64,000 nucleotides of DNA from Neophaeotheca triangularis (Eukaryota), in NCBI GenBank assembly GCA_054600435.1, contig BAAIJX010000016.1, forward strand, positions 186,001 to 250,000. Reading direction: 5' to 3'. Below the pieces are notes generated by a model. It searched no databases. It was given only the letters and a program-made list of their open reading frames with translations, and was not told the origin of the DNA. The position numbers and the translations under genes were made by a program. The first letter of the stretch is position 1; each line of letters starts with the position of its first letter. Below are positions 37,116-49,475 of the stretch, piece after piece.

Positions 37116-38103
37116 GGGCTCTAGCGTACAGACTAGTAGACTAATGACGATGTGTACATTCTCACGACACCTAGCCGAGATACCAAGGCATAATGTCGTC
37201 TTTACGTTCCCTAAGATCTTACGGCTCTGTGACTTGCCTTACGAAGTCACGTGCGGTCGATAGCGGAGACCGGAGCCATCCGGTGCCGAAAAGTATACTT
37301 CGACTTCATGTCCTGCAATCTGTGGGACCATCACGACATCTCCGGAGGCTACCTTTTGAAAGCGATGTTTCCTTTGATCCTATCCTTCATTGGCAGCCCA
37401 ATTATTGAGTCAAGATAGCCCGGCCATCCTTTGGTGCGCAATTTAGGCCTAGAAATCCCTCATTGCGCAATTGTCAAGCATACCGTCTCGGACGTTGCGT
37501 CAAGCTTTCTGTCAAGGTTGATACCGATGGCAACTAAGCTCCATCATCTGGAAGCTTTTGCCCTGGAATAGTCTTTCTCCGTCACCTTCGAACTGCCGCA
37601 CCCAGCGAGTCACTCCACGTGATGGCGTGCTTGCCAGTCGACCCAAACGCCACCTCTGACATGTATTTTTTTCCATGTCAACCGAAATAGCTGGATGGGA
37701 ATTCCAAGGTTCCCACTGCAATACTTCGTAAGGACCTCGGCGGGGGGGTTGGGGGAGAGATCTTCACGAGAAGCTGCACTCAGGACCCCGGCTTTCCTCC
37801 ACGAGCGTCCCCAAATGCGCGCCCGACAGGACTGATACGCCATCATGGCTTGCGCGTATAGTGGAAGTGCTTCGAACTCTGGATACTTATTAGGTGAAGA
37901 TGAGCGTCACGCAATTTGTTAAGGGTGGCTCGTGAGTCGTGGTCATCGTACCAGCCGGCATGTAAGTAAGGAGAGTGATGTCAGGTTATGGATAGCACAT
38001 TGTACTCGCTAGTTCTTTCACTCGTGATTATTTCTCTAGCGTTATTCCGTCATCCAAGTTCCTCGCATCGGCGTTGCATTGTTTTCTCTCTCCTTTACGA
38101 ATC

Positions 38104-39754
38104 ATGGCAACCACATCGCCCAAGTTTACTGAGGAATTGCAGCAAGAGGAAGCCTTCGAGAAGCTGGATTTTCTTACAACACCATGGAGAATCTCGCCTT
38201 CGAAAACCCGATCGCACACTGATATTTCTCTATCTGTTTTGGAAGCTCTCTCCGCCAGGGGTTTAAGGATAGATGCTCGAGGACAAGTTCAATGGCGCCG
38301 GAATAGCAACCAGCACCCACGCCAGTGGAATTTGAGCCGGAAGCTCTACGACACCACCGTGATCTGCTTCATCGAGTTCTTCGTCACCATGGTCAGCAAT
38401 ACAGGTACACCAATTGCAGACGAGGCCGCACACTATTTTGGCATAAGCAGAACCGTAGCACTTGCCTGCTTCATGACCACTTATCTGCTCGGTCAGGCCA
38501 TGGGCGGCCTTCTCTTCCCACCCATCACGGAGAGCTTTGGAGCCAGAACCCTTTACGCAGTGTCCACCTTAATACACGCAGTATGTTGCCTACTCGTTGG
38601 AACGGGGCCGGGTCTTGCAACAGTCTATATCCCGCGCTTTGTCTCTGGCCTTATGTCTGGAGTACCTGCTATTGTTGCCGCTGGTAGCCTCGAGAACATC
38701 TGGGATGCAAGAGCTCGCATTTGGACGATACATATCTGGGTCGGAGGCTCCGTGGTTGGCCTTGCTATCGCACCGGCGTATGCGACGTATATCACCGTGG
38801 CACTTGATTGGTAAGATGGTGCGTCCTCTTCTAACTTCCTGCAAGTCGGCTGACTTCTCCAGGTGGTGGGTATTCTACATCTCCGCCGCAGTCACAGGGG
38901 TCCTGGCAGTACTCTGTGTCTTCCTACGGGAGTCACGGCCTTCGCAAGTTTTGAAGAGTAACGTTCGTGCCGTTATTAAAGAGACCGGCTACGAAGATCT
39001 GCCCTTCCAAGGAGAAACCCCACCCGACCTCAAAACCTTCGTCCATACCACACTCCTCCTCCCCCTGCGCCTCTTCTTCACCGAGCCTCTCGTCTTCCTC
39101 AGCGCCATAATGGCCGCCTCGGTCTACGCCATCATCTATCTCTTCACCGAAGCCCTAAACACCGTCTACCGAGGCGGCTTCGACATGGACCGTGAATCCG
39201 CCTCCTTAGTTTTCCTAGCATTCGGCGTCGGCACCATCTTCACCTTCCTACCTCGTGTCTACGACGCCCGCCACAGTTTCACCGGCCAAGCCCCCAAAGC
39301 CTTGACACCCGAAGACAAGCTCGCAGGTTTCTACATCGCCGCGCCAGTCTTAATGATAGGCCTCTGGTGGTTCGCCTGGACCGTCCCGCCCCTCATAACA
39401 GACATCTCGCCCTGGGCCTCTATCGCCGCTCTCCTGCTCATCGGCTACAGCACTGTGGAATTCGACAATGTGCTGTCCGGGTATTTGACTGACACTTACA
39501 CCTCGCACGCCGCTTCGGCCAATGCGCCCGTGGGGTTCTTGAGAGCAGTGCTGTCGGGAACTTTTCCGCTGTTCGGCAGGCAAATGTTTTTGGGTTTGGG
39601 GTCGAATGTTGCTGTTAGCATCTTGGCCGCCATGGCGACGCTTTATGTGGGGTTTGCTGTGCTCTTTGCGCGCAAGGGGAGGAAATTGAGGCTTAGGAGT
39701 CGGTTTGTGATCGCTCAAGAGGAGAGAGGGGAAAAGAGTACTGGGGTGGCTTGA
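38104..39754 (+). CDS. MFS transporter, DHA1-like drug:H+ antiporter; intron 38811-38862
   Basis: HPRQW...RKLYDT, PITESFGARTLY, W|RWVFY, RESRPSQ, PLRLFFTEP, YLTDTYTSHAASA, FPLFGRQMF; many hydrophobic helices. Confidence 0.9.
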
Positions 39755-39908
39755 AGAGAAGGCTTGTTACGCAAAACTATGTGTTGCTACCGCTCCGATG
39801 CTTCTTTGGGCGCCTTCGCCTGCACCACCCAGCATTTAAGAATTTTACAAGTCTTTGTCGATACCGTCCCTCCGAGTCAGTCAGCACCTCTGCACATCCT
39901 GTCGCCGC

Positions 39909-40582
39909 TCACTTTCCGCGAGTTTTTGGGATAGCGTCCGAGATATCTTCCGCCTCCTCATCACGAGCCTCCCGAGCGCGAGCCTCCAGACGACGAGCCG
40001 AGCCAAGGCGAAGGGCGGCGCGAGTCATCTCCATCGTCTGAGGTTCCTCGGCGAGCTCCGCGATGATCATTGCCCTGTCGCCCTCCGTCTCCTCCCTGGA
40101 CCACTTGGTACCTGGACGAAGTGGACGTTGAGCGTACTCTTCGATGTTGACTTCGCAGCCCAGCTTCCAGGATGTGGTAGGCTTGGGCTTTTTGGGGTGA
40201 GTGGAATTGGCAGGTTTGATGTCGAACGTGGCGGGCTCAGGTTCGCCTGGCTGTCGCTTGTAGGGGGGCAAATAGATGTACTCCTTCGGTGCCTAGGGTC
40301 TTCAGTAAGCTCGAAACTCTTGAGGAAACGTTCGGGGGGTGTCAAAGGCCTACCGTGTTGCTCGGCTGCCAGCCCTTGTCCCCATTCGTGATGTACTGCC
40401 TTGGTCCACGGGAGAGTCGAAGGGCGCACTCGATTTGGCCTTTGCCTTGGCGTCTCCTGACGACCTGTTCACGGCTATCAGTATTTGCAGAAACCGACGT
40501 TCAGATGGAATTCATACTCGAACGGGCGGGAGCTTGTCTTGGGTGCCTTGCTCAAGTCGTTTGTCCCTTCCGTGTTCTGCAT
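39909..40582 (-). CDS. Orphan small protein, paralog A1 (probably 3 exons; splice sites uncertain)
   Basis: Starts MQNTEGTND and ends PKTRGK*; contains RGPRQYIT and APKEYIY; paralogous to 41303-41918. Confidence 0.45.
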
Positions 40583-41302
40583 CTTGTGTGCTGTGTGCAA
40601 GGGCCGATGGCAGAAAAGGTTGAGGGTGGAAAGGTTGAAAGGGTTGACAGTGGGAGACTTGAAGCTGGAAAGTCGGAGGTGGAGAGTTTGCAAGGTGGAA
40701 GGTAGAAGCCTGAAGGTCGAAGGTGTACTATACGTGAAAGTGAAAGTATAACGTCATGTGTCAGGAGCTGACTATAGGGTGAATGATAGGTGCTTTCGCG
40801 AATTTGCGGCGGCGCCGAGCACGAACAAACGAGATTCATGAGCGAGAAGAACTTTTATGTGGTATGTTGTGGATGATAGAGCAATAGCATGATCGATGTC
40901 TAGGTTTTATGGTAACGCCATGTGGAGTAAACGAGCTTAGGAGTTGCTGCTGTGTGCAAAGGATATATGGAACAAAGGGCTCGTATGATCAAGGCAATGC
41001 CTTACGGTCTTTGTCAGCACATTGTAACCCGTGAGTGACTGCTGCTGGGCGTACAATCAACCGTCGTCAAAGCAATCTTGCGCAGAGAAGCTTCTCGTTC
41101 GAGGACTACGAAACATGACGGACGAGGATGCGTGAGCCGAGCATGGCTGAGAGAGTATTATAAGCAATCAAGGAGTACTACCCTAGGTACTGCTCTAGTA
41201 GCGGCTGCAGATCGCCTTGATATCCAAGACTCCAAGTCGGTCAAGTGATCGCTTTGCAGCTTGCAAGACGGACAAGTCAAGGCCCCAAACCCTTTTAGCT
41301 GC

Positions 41303-41918
41303 CTATTGCTCCCAGCGCTTTGCTTTCTGCCTCCGCCCAAATGCTGTTCGTTTTCCGCGAGTCTTGGTAACTTCTTCGAACATGTCGACCACCTCCTCAT
41401 TCTCAGCTGAATCAATATCTTGGGCCATGCCCTTGGTCTGGGGCTTCCCTTCGAGCTCCGCGTTCGCCATCACCGTGCCCTCTTTGGTCCCAGCGCTGAC
41501 CTTCTTGTTTGCTCGGGTAATTGTGCCATGAGGCGCAGACGCTTGAGGTTTGCTTGTCGTGGGTTCGCGGTTCACAACATAGCTGCTTCCGTCCGTAAGA
41601 TACTGCCTCTAATTTTGAAAAGGTCAATCGCCGTGTTTTATGAGACTGATTCCTAGGCTGCCACAAACATACCACGGGGCTTGGTATGCCCAAGTCTTTT
41701 TCGGGTTTTTTGGCATCCTTCTCCGTGACGTATTCTTTTGGTCCGCGAGGGACGCTTGCTGGCAGACCGGATCTATACAATGGCGTGGGCGCTCTTGATG
41801 GTCTTATCACAATGATCAGTATGTATAGAAATGTGAAACATGAGATAGCATACTTGGAGGTATCCAGGTACCCGTCTGGCGCTTCGTCCACGTCATTGGT
41901 TCCCTCGGTGTTCTGCAT
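41303..41918 (-). CDS. Orphan small protein, paralog A2 (spliced; splice sites uncertain)
   Basis: MQNTEGTND start; RGPKEYVT, RQYLTDG, TKTRGK; GTATGT...TTAG intron near 41609-41671; upstream DNA similar to that of A1. Confidence 0.45.
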
Positions 41919-42465
41919 TTTGCTTGCAGCGAGGGTTGAGGCAGGAATTGGGGAAGGAGGTGAGGTTGTGGATTCTGGCAAAGTCTGGCAAAGTCAGAGG
42001 TCAAAGGTATGCAACACGTGAAAGTGGAATTTATAAAGTAACCTGTCAGGGGTCGACTAGCGTGAACGCGGCGAATCACACAACCATTCACAAATCCGCT
42101 GGTCGGCCATACACGAACGAATGGTAAAGTGTGAGTGGCAGGCATGTTCTGATACCTAGACTATATGTTGATGCTGCATTGTCCTTTTACGGTTGAGGGG
42201 CAATAGATTCAAAGAAGATATAGGACAAAGGACAAGCCTCTTTTGCTTCGCATTATTTGTCCGCCTGACTTAAGACTACTGTTGTGCGAGACAACCGACT
42301 AAAGCTTTCGTCGTCGGAGCACTCATGCGCAGGCCAACTCCCTCTTTGGAAGACAAGGAGCGGAGGACACGACCATGAATCTCTTAGCGGGCCTCGACAT
42401 CTCGAAGACGAAGCCGACCGCTCTGTTTTCAACCAGCGTCGACGATCGCTATGGTGGCTTTGCCT

Positions 42466-43198
42466 TCAGTATGTGTCGCTGAAGGCATCGTCTACGCAAT
42501 CCCACTCCATAGAAATGCCGTCTTCGACCATGACCCAGCCATCCCTTCTCGCCTCCATCGTAGCCCTCGCTTTGACAACCTTTTTCTTCAGTGCCTCTCC
42601 CCTCGACCCATCATCCTTGATATCGCTGCCATCTTTGCCCTTCTTGGCTTTTCCGTTCCCAGAATGCTCGGACTGCTTCGAAGAGCCGCTCGAGGCGCCG
42701 TCGATGATTCCCTTGGTCAAGGTCTGTCCGAGGTTCTTGCGAGTGGGGTTTTGAATCCCCTTGATGATGGCATCCGGATCGTGGGCCTTGAGATTCGCGA
42801 TGTATTCGGCTTCGGTGATGAAAGAAATCTCCGAGGAGAGTTCGGTGACTCTTTGGAGTTTTGGGGCATGAAACTTCTCCACCGTACGTTGGTACTGGTA
42901 TAGCAGTCAGTAAGCTACGGTTGCTCGTTTTTGAGGCATATGACTTACCTCTCCCGAGAGTGCCTGGCATCTAGTGGTCTTCGTGTGGACTGGGGGAGAG
43001 GGCCAATCGTACTCGATGACAGGCGGAGCTGGCTTCGAGGAAGCTTCGCTCTTGCTAAGTTTCGTGTCGTCGGTCTCGCTAGTAGAGGGTTAGTGCCGTT
43101 CCCGTGGGATTGAAGTACATGGAAGTAGCCTACGGGAAGGTCTTCATCACGGTGACCACGTGGGGGCGGGCCTGGGTGTGGTTCATGGTGGTCTCCAT
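42466..43198 (-). CDS. Orphan ~207-aa protein with C-terminal acidic W-x-x-V motifs; introns 43079-43133 and 42895-42948
   Basis: gccaagATGg start; GTAGGC...CTAAC...TAG and GTAAGT...CTGAC...CAG introns splice into one open frame ending DGWVMVEDGISMEWDCVDDAFSDTY. Confidence 0.65.
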
Positions 43199-43822
43199 CT
43201 TGGCTGTGGGATGTGTTCTTGTCTTCGAGGTGGAAAGTAAGTTGGGGTGGGGAAGTGGTGTAGGGATGGAATATAGTAAACGAAAGTAGGAGGGAGGCTA
43301 ATTATACGCTAAGCCAAAAACGGACTAGGGAGAGTGAAGTGAAGGTCGATTCTGCTGATTTTGTGCCGGAATTTCGCATTCACGAACAAGAGAGTGCTAA
43401 GGCCATTGATGCCACGCAGCAGGGCCGAAATTGAGAATGGGATGATATATACTGATGTATTTTTTTAATATTTTTGAACTGCGTCGTCTACCGCAGGCAG
43501 CAATCAAGACATAGCTGCTAGACACATGCATGTACTTCTGCATGCTCGACTTCCGTAACACGCAGAATGAGACTTGCAGTTAAGTACACAATTCGTAAGT
43601 ACAGATAAATGCAGAATCAAAGTAACAGTGTTTCGCAAGAGCAATGTTGAATGAAAGGTTGATCAAATGGACGACGTTCAAGACTACTGTCAAGTGGAGT
43701 CTTTGGAAAACAACACCCCTTTGTTCAAAGTCTTTTTGATATGTGGTTCTGCGGTCGCTACTCGTCGATTGCTGTACGCTCGTGAACCTTCATTCTCGTC
43801 CCGCGTTTGCATCGTCCATTCC

Positions 43823-44300
43823 TTATTGAGGAGAAAGCCTATATAGTCGTTTGCTCATAACCCAATGACCCAAACTTGGAAAGCCTTCGTTCTCAGCCTC
43901 GACAAAGACCCATCCACCTCCCAATTGCTGTTTGTCCTCCTTGCATACAACGCGTTCGAACACCAGATTGCCGCCGAACTCGGTGCTTGGGCTGCCTTCA
44001 ATCACTATAGTGTCCTTCCACGTCTTCTTCCCCTTGACCCTGGCCGACTACGGCCCTCCCCAGCTCGGCTAATGTGAGTGGACCAGTGATGTGCGAGTGA
44101 TATTGGATAGTCTTAATCTCGATGGCCTCAGAGTTGGCACCGGCTGTTTGGTGACAGCTCCGAGCTTGACGATTATCACATTCGAGTCGCCGAGCGCGCC
44201 CGCTGCGTTGGTTCCAAGCAAGGATTACGTCTTTTACCTAGTATAGGTGGTGATCTTGCCCTCCACGGCCCTGGTACGCTTACGCTTCTGTATGTAATGG
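43823..44300 (-). pseudogene. Degenerate member of the W-V-x-V orphan family
   Basis: 3' part reads KQQLGGGWVFVEAENEGFPSLGHWVMS; the upstream frame is broken by stops. Confidence 0.4.
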
Positions 44301-44571
44301 GTCAGCTGAGCCTTCCATCGGCCTCGAGGTTAAGGGTGAACAAGCGAACGAAGCAGTTTGACAATGCAAGACAAGCAATGGAACTGGGCACGCTGATTTT
44401 GACTTCATGTGTGGGGTCGCAGGAAATGCAGTGAGGCACTGCTACTTGAGCGCTTTGGAGGCTGTGGTCTAGTCATAAATCAGACCTCCAGCGCCTAGTC
44501 GTTAAGCCCGAGCCTCCCTTCCCTCTAAATTTGGCTAGACCTGACTGTTCTTGCGAAAGACACAGGGTCGC

Positions 44572-45234
44572 CTAGAGATCAGTGACCCAATCCTCCAGGC
44601 CCTCTTCCTCCACGTCAACTGTGACCCATCCACCCTCGACCTCGTCGATCACTTTCCTCACACCAGTTCCCTTCTTGCTGGCGCCGATAAGATCATTGTT
44701 TCCACCTCCACTTCCGCCTTCCGCCATTCCGATCCCGAGGTCTTCACCAGCCCCCTCGCCCTGAGACTTCCTCTGAGTGTCGATATTTGCCACTTTGCGG
44801 TCGGTTTTGGCCGCCTCTTCCACAGGGCCACCCGCCAATGTGACGTGAAGACGGTTGTTGACGAGATCTGTGGCGGCGACCACCTCTGGAGCGGTGTACT
44901 GGTTGTCCGCAGCAGCTGAGTGAGGGCTCGCGACGTTGACGATAGGGACGATGGTGGTCGAAGATGTGCTCTTGGCTTGAGGGACGTTCTTGACCTTCAC
45001 ACGCTTTCGGACCTGTGGAACTTGTATCAGCCTGGCTCTGCGCAATCGATTGATTAATTGTGGCTCTACCCCTGAAGCGGTTGTGACAACTTTGGTCTGG
45101 ATGAACACGTGAGCCCCGATCATGTCACCCATCATCGTGGGGGTCGAATCGATAGACTCGGGCGTGCGTTCGTCCTTGATAGAGCTGATATTGGTCAATA
45201 TTGCAGCTGGATACAGAGGGCGGATGGATGGCAT
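44572..45234 (-). CDS. Orphan family member B1; intron 45013-45069 (start may instead be 45135)
   Basis: AHVFIQTKVVTTASG|VRKRVKVKN; ends EVEGGWVTVDVEEEGLEDWVTDL*; 57-nt GTAGAG...GCTGAT...CAG intron. Confidence 0.6.
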   Translation of the reverse strand: MPSIRPLYPAAILTNISSIKDERTPESIDSTPTMMGDMIGAHVFIQTKVVTTASGVEPQLINRLRRARLIQVPQVRKRVKVKNVPQAKSTSSTTIVPIVNVASPHSAAADNQYTAPEVVAATDLVNNRLHVTLAGGPVEEAAKTDRKVANIDTQRKSQGEGAGEDLGIGMAEGGSGGGNNDLIGASKKGTGVRKVIDEVEGGWVTVDVEEEGLEDWVTDL

Positions 45235-45904
45235 ACTAGTTCTTCTCGTGGATCTTCTCCGTGGCAGACATGTTCTTAAGAGTGCCTGTCGGGTGAGGTT
45301 CTGAGATTGGCTTGCTTTGAGGACGTGTGGTTGAGTGAGAGATTCGAGGCGTTGAGTAGACAGGGGCGAAGGCGAGTATTTGTCAAATTCGGCGCTGGGC
45401 TGAAAGTAGACTAGATCAGAAGAAGTGAATGCTCGTATCAGCCTATCATAAAGTTCGAGTTTCAGCTTGCACTGCTTGAGGACGAGAACGAGTGCGGACA
45501 TGAGCTCGAACTGTCCACTTAGCTCGAAATATACAGCGTTGAAAAAATTCAATGCCCTGTTCTGGCTAAGCTCTGCCATTGGGCAGGCAGCAGTTTGATA
45601 TATACGAATTTGGTGATGTGGCAAGTACGGATTCTCTTGAGGAAGACACAGATGTACGGAAACAGTGTAGATAAGCTTGTTGGCTGCGTTGCGTGAACGA
45701 CCAAAGCATCAAAGCGGCTTGACCTGTTGATAAAGGAAACACGTAGAGGCGCATCAAGATCGTATCATTAGGGCACTGTAGACAGGCGGAGACTGCTACC
45801 TAACAAAGCACTGGATTTCCTATTGTCAAGACGTCGAGCAATAGCTTTTTGTCCATCCAATCTCTCCGAGGGCACGATTTGTCTTGCGAAGGACAAAGCA
45901 GCTC

Positions 45905-46390
45905 TTAGAAGTCGGTGACTCAGTCCTCCATGCCATCTTCGTCCGCATCCACCGTGACCCAGCCTTCCTCCACCTCCTCCTTCTTTTCGTTGACATCCTC
46001 CAAAGCTCCGACTTTCGGGTCTTTGCCAACGGCAGCGTCATTGAACATCTCATGAGCGCCAATGTCCTCGTCCTTTTTGGTAGTGGTCGTGTTCGCGAGG
46101 CGATGGTTGGCGGCTTCCGCGCCTGCGGTCATCTTGGCAGTTTTCGTAGTTTTCTCCTGAACCTCGCACGCAAGCTTGCCATTGGCGGCGTCGGGCCTCG
46201 TGGCAGCGGTGGGAGCGTTGGCGCGGATGATGCTGGCGGAGTCGTTCTTGACCTTGACACGTTTACGCACCTGTAGACCTCGGATTAGCCCAGTTCTATA
46301 TAGCTGATTGTTATGGTAGAACTTTACCCCTGATGCCGTCGTGATCACCTTGGTTTGAATAAACACGTGGGCGGCTGGCGGAAACTCCAT
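45905..46390 (-). CDS. Orphan family member B2 with a premature stop 5 codons early (TGA at 45920-45922); intron 46271-46327
   Basis: AHVFIQTKVITTASG|VRKRVKVKN; ends EEGWVTVDADEDGMED*VTDF*; upstream DNA 46631-46710 matches 45365-45445. Confidence 0.55.
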
Positions 46391-47011
46391 GTTGTGCTTC
46401 GAAGTAATAGGTCTGACGGACGTTTTGGCTTTGGAAGAGCTGGACAAAAGTCAGTGTTGCAGCTCCTAAACGTGAAAGACACAATTCAACTGGTGACATA
46501 CTCGTATTTCTGAAGACCGTTCTCCACGGCAGGGATTTCCGCGACGGTAGTGTCAGTAGATGGACCTACGTTTGTCTTGGTCTGCAGAAGTTGGTTGTAA
46601 GAGAGTTTTGAGGTTTTGTGCAGGTGGAAAGGCGAAGGTGAGAGTAGGTCAAATTTCGCACTAGGCCGAAAGCAGACTAGATCGTAGGAAGTGAATGCTC
46701 GCTTCAGCCAATAATCGCATGGAGCACGCGGCAACTCAATATATACGGTTCCAAGAGTGTTGCAGACGGCCGTCTGGATGGCAGAGCTTCTGATAGAAGC
46801 ACGGTTTTATTACTTCGCTGTTTGTTTGCTAAGCACAAAGGCCTGGACTGTGATCACTCATAATTTACAAGGGCTTCAATGATTTGGTGCGTTATTTACG
46901 CCATAAGACTGTGCTTGGTTCTACCCTTAGTTGCAAAATGTCCAGATACGGCCTTGTTTCCCGTGATAATTCTCACGTTCTTTGCTCATCAGATGGTCTT
47001 TTTAGAGATCA

Positions 47012-47742
47012 TTAAAACTCCATGACCCAGTCGTCCGTGTCGTCCGTCTCGACGGCGACCCACTCGGCCTCGATCTCGTTCTCCTGAGTGCTGTCGTACG
47101 TGATCACAGAATTCTTTCGTGTAGTCTTTCCCTTCGCATCGCCCTCCATCAACGTGATTTCGCCACACTTGATCACCTTCTTGACCCCGACCTGCTTGCC
47201 CAAAACTTCCTTCCCCTCGCCCTTCCCGCCAGCCGTACCTTCGGCCATGCCATCTTCTCCTCCGCCATTTCCGATCTTGACACCCGCCGCCATGTGGGCA
47301 ATGACATAATCGTCCATGGTGAGTTCCTCTAAGTTGGTGTGCGCACCTTTACCGGCCCTATCCTGTGCTTTGGTTTGCTCGCTAGTGACGAGAGAGCCAA
47401 CACGAGCGGCGGATTGTGGCATCTTCACCGGGTTCAAGCTCTTGATTGTGCTGATCGAGTACCTGCGCACAGCGGGAATGCTGGAGAGATGCGCGCCGCC
47501 ATCATGCCCTCCTGGAGTGGTGACAGCAGCACCGGCAGGGTCGACGTTCTGGACGGTGGTGTTCTTGCGCGAGTAGTAGATCTTCACAGGCTTGGCTTTG
47601 ACGACTTTGGTACCCTGGCAAGCTTGGTTAGTTTTGGTCGAAACATTAAAAGCACCCGGTAAAGACTTACCCCTGAGCTCGTCTTGACCACCTTTGTCTT
47701 GATAAAGGTTGCGGGGGGGATCTCGGAGTCCGACCCCGCCAT
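47012..47742 (-). CDS. Orphan family member C1; intron 47615-47670
   Basis: MAGSDSEIPPATFIKTKVVKTSSG|GTKVVKAKP after a GTAAGT...CTAAC...CAG splice; RRYSISTIKSLNP; ends EAEWVAVETDDTDDWVMEF*. Confidence 0.7.
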
Positions 47743-48293
47743 GTTGAGACTCGAGTGGCTGACGTTGGAGATCGAGGTGTTTTGAGCGCCTCTGACGGAC
47801 TATTAGCAAGTCATACAGCATACTTTCAATCGTAGCAGTCGCAGCATACTCTTATTTTCTGTAGACGTTCTCCGTGTTCCAAAGTTTCTGAAAGTAGGTA
47901 GTGGTAGAGAATAAGTGCCAGTACAGAGCATATGGAGAACTCGAGATGAGACGTGAAAGCGTCGGATACTAAAGTAGTACTGTAGAGTTTTCACAACGCT
48001 AAGCCTAGAGTGGAACAAGTGAGTATGAGGACACTCACACTCGAAGAACAATCCATACGTTTTGGGAATGCTATACATGTGATGATGCATCATAAGAGCA
48101 GACATTGGATAACAGTATTTAAAGCTACTCAAAAGGTTTGCTATGCATGTGGCGAACGACAATGAAAACGACCTTTGATACCGCCTACCCTAGACCTTCA
48201 CCCAATCATCGGCGAGAAGATAGTCATCCGCGTCTTACGAACTCATAGCCCGTCTTTTTGGTCACGCCCTCACAACTCAGAGTCTCACTATCA

Positions 48294-49059
48294 TTAAATC
48301 TCCGTGACCCAGTCATCCGTGTCGGTGACATCTACGGCAACCCAATCAGATTCAGACCCCAGCTCGTCGCCAGTCTCAACGGCTTTCTTCAGCATCCCAA
48401 CCTCACCAAAGTTGGCCACCTCCTTCTTGATCTCGACCTTCAGGGCTTTGGAATCGCTGTCCTGGTCTCTAGTCATTCCGATTTCCGCCACCATGTTGTT
48501 GCCGCCGGTGTTCGTCTGGGCTTGGGTCGTTGGTTGGCGATTGGCGACGTACTCCGAGTGCGCGGCCGGTCCAAGACTGTTGAGAGGATTGAGGCTCTTG
48601 ATCTCAGCGATCGAGTAGCGCCGGGCGGTTGACATGCCGATTGGAGGCGAACCTTGGAGGTTCTTTGAGGCAACAATAGCAGCAGGGTCAACTTCGTTGC
48701 TGAAGGTTTTGCGTGCTTTGTGCATGACGATTGGCTTGCTTTGTGGCTTCTCAGAAAGCTGATTGCGGCGGTTAGCTACCATGACGATACCAAAGCTGAT
48801 CGTTACTCACGGCCGTGGCGGGTGCTGAGCTCTTTGTCTTCCGGATCTTGACCACAGGGTCCGGCGCAGAACCGAAGAAGTCCACTGGGGCGGAGGTTTC
48901 GCGGTTGTTGGGGTTGTTTGAACGCTGTTGCGCACTGTCCTGAAGTTAGCATGGCTTCATGTGAAATCAATTTGGAAAGTCGCAAGTTGTTCCGTACCTG
49001 AAGTTGTTCCAGCGACTGGCCATTGCAGAGTCTGCGCTGGACAGCTTGTAGAAGGCCAT
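48294..49059 (-). CDS. Orphan family member C2; introns 48935-48997 and 48759-48810
   Basis: GTACGG...GCTAAC...CAG and GTGAGT...GCTAAC...CAG introns give one open frame; RRYSIAEIKSLNP; ends ESDWVAVDVTDTDDWVTEI*. Confidence 0.65.
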
Positions 49060-49475
49060 GCTGTACTCTCGACTTTGTGTGTTTGAGGTTCGTTGCAGGT
49101 GGGAAAGGTTTGAGCTCCGTCGAGGAGGAGACTGGAAGGTGGCAGAAAGCCTAGCGTTTGCCAAGAATCGACTAGCGTCGATCAGGTGAACGAATGAAGT
49201 ATACTATTTTTGTCAAAGCTCCTTATTGTCCACTGGGACGCATTCACGAGCTAGTATATAGGCAGATAGCGATTAAAAGTTCTCAGTTGAGCTGACTATG
49301 GGAGCAAGCGTATATACTGTTGCAAAAGTTTGCTAAATGCTCTCATTGCCTCAAGAGCCAATACAAATAACGCATGTCCCAGCTTTGATTGGAATAAAAG
49401 CTTGAAGCAGATGTCTCGTCAAGAAGCGTGCATTCTGAGACAAAAGCACTTGTCTAGATGCGGCAATGCTGGTTA

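Noticed and set aside
45235..45624. 5' extension of the 350-aa ORF 44572-45624
   Set aside because: TTG start; the homologous DNA upstream of paralog B2 is not contiguous with its coding frame; more likely promoter or UTR.
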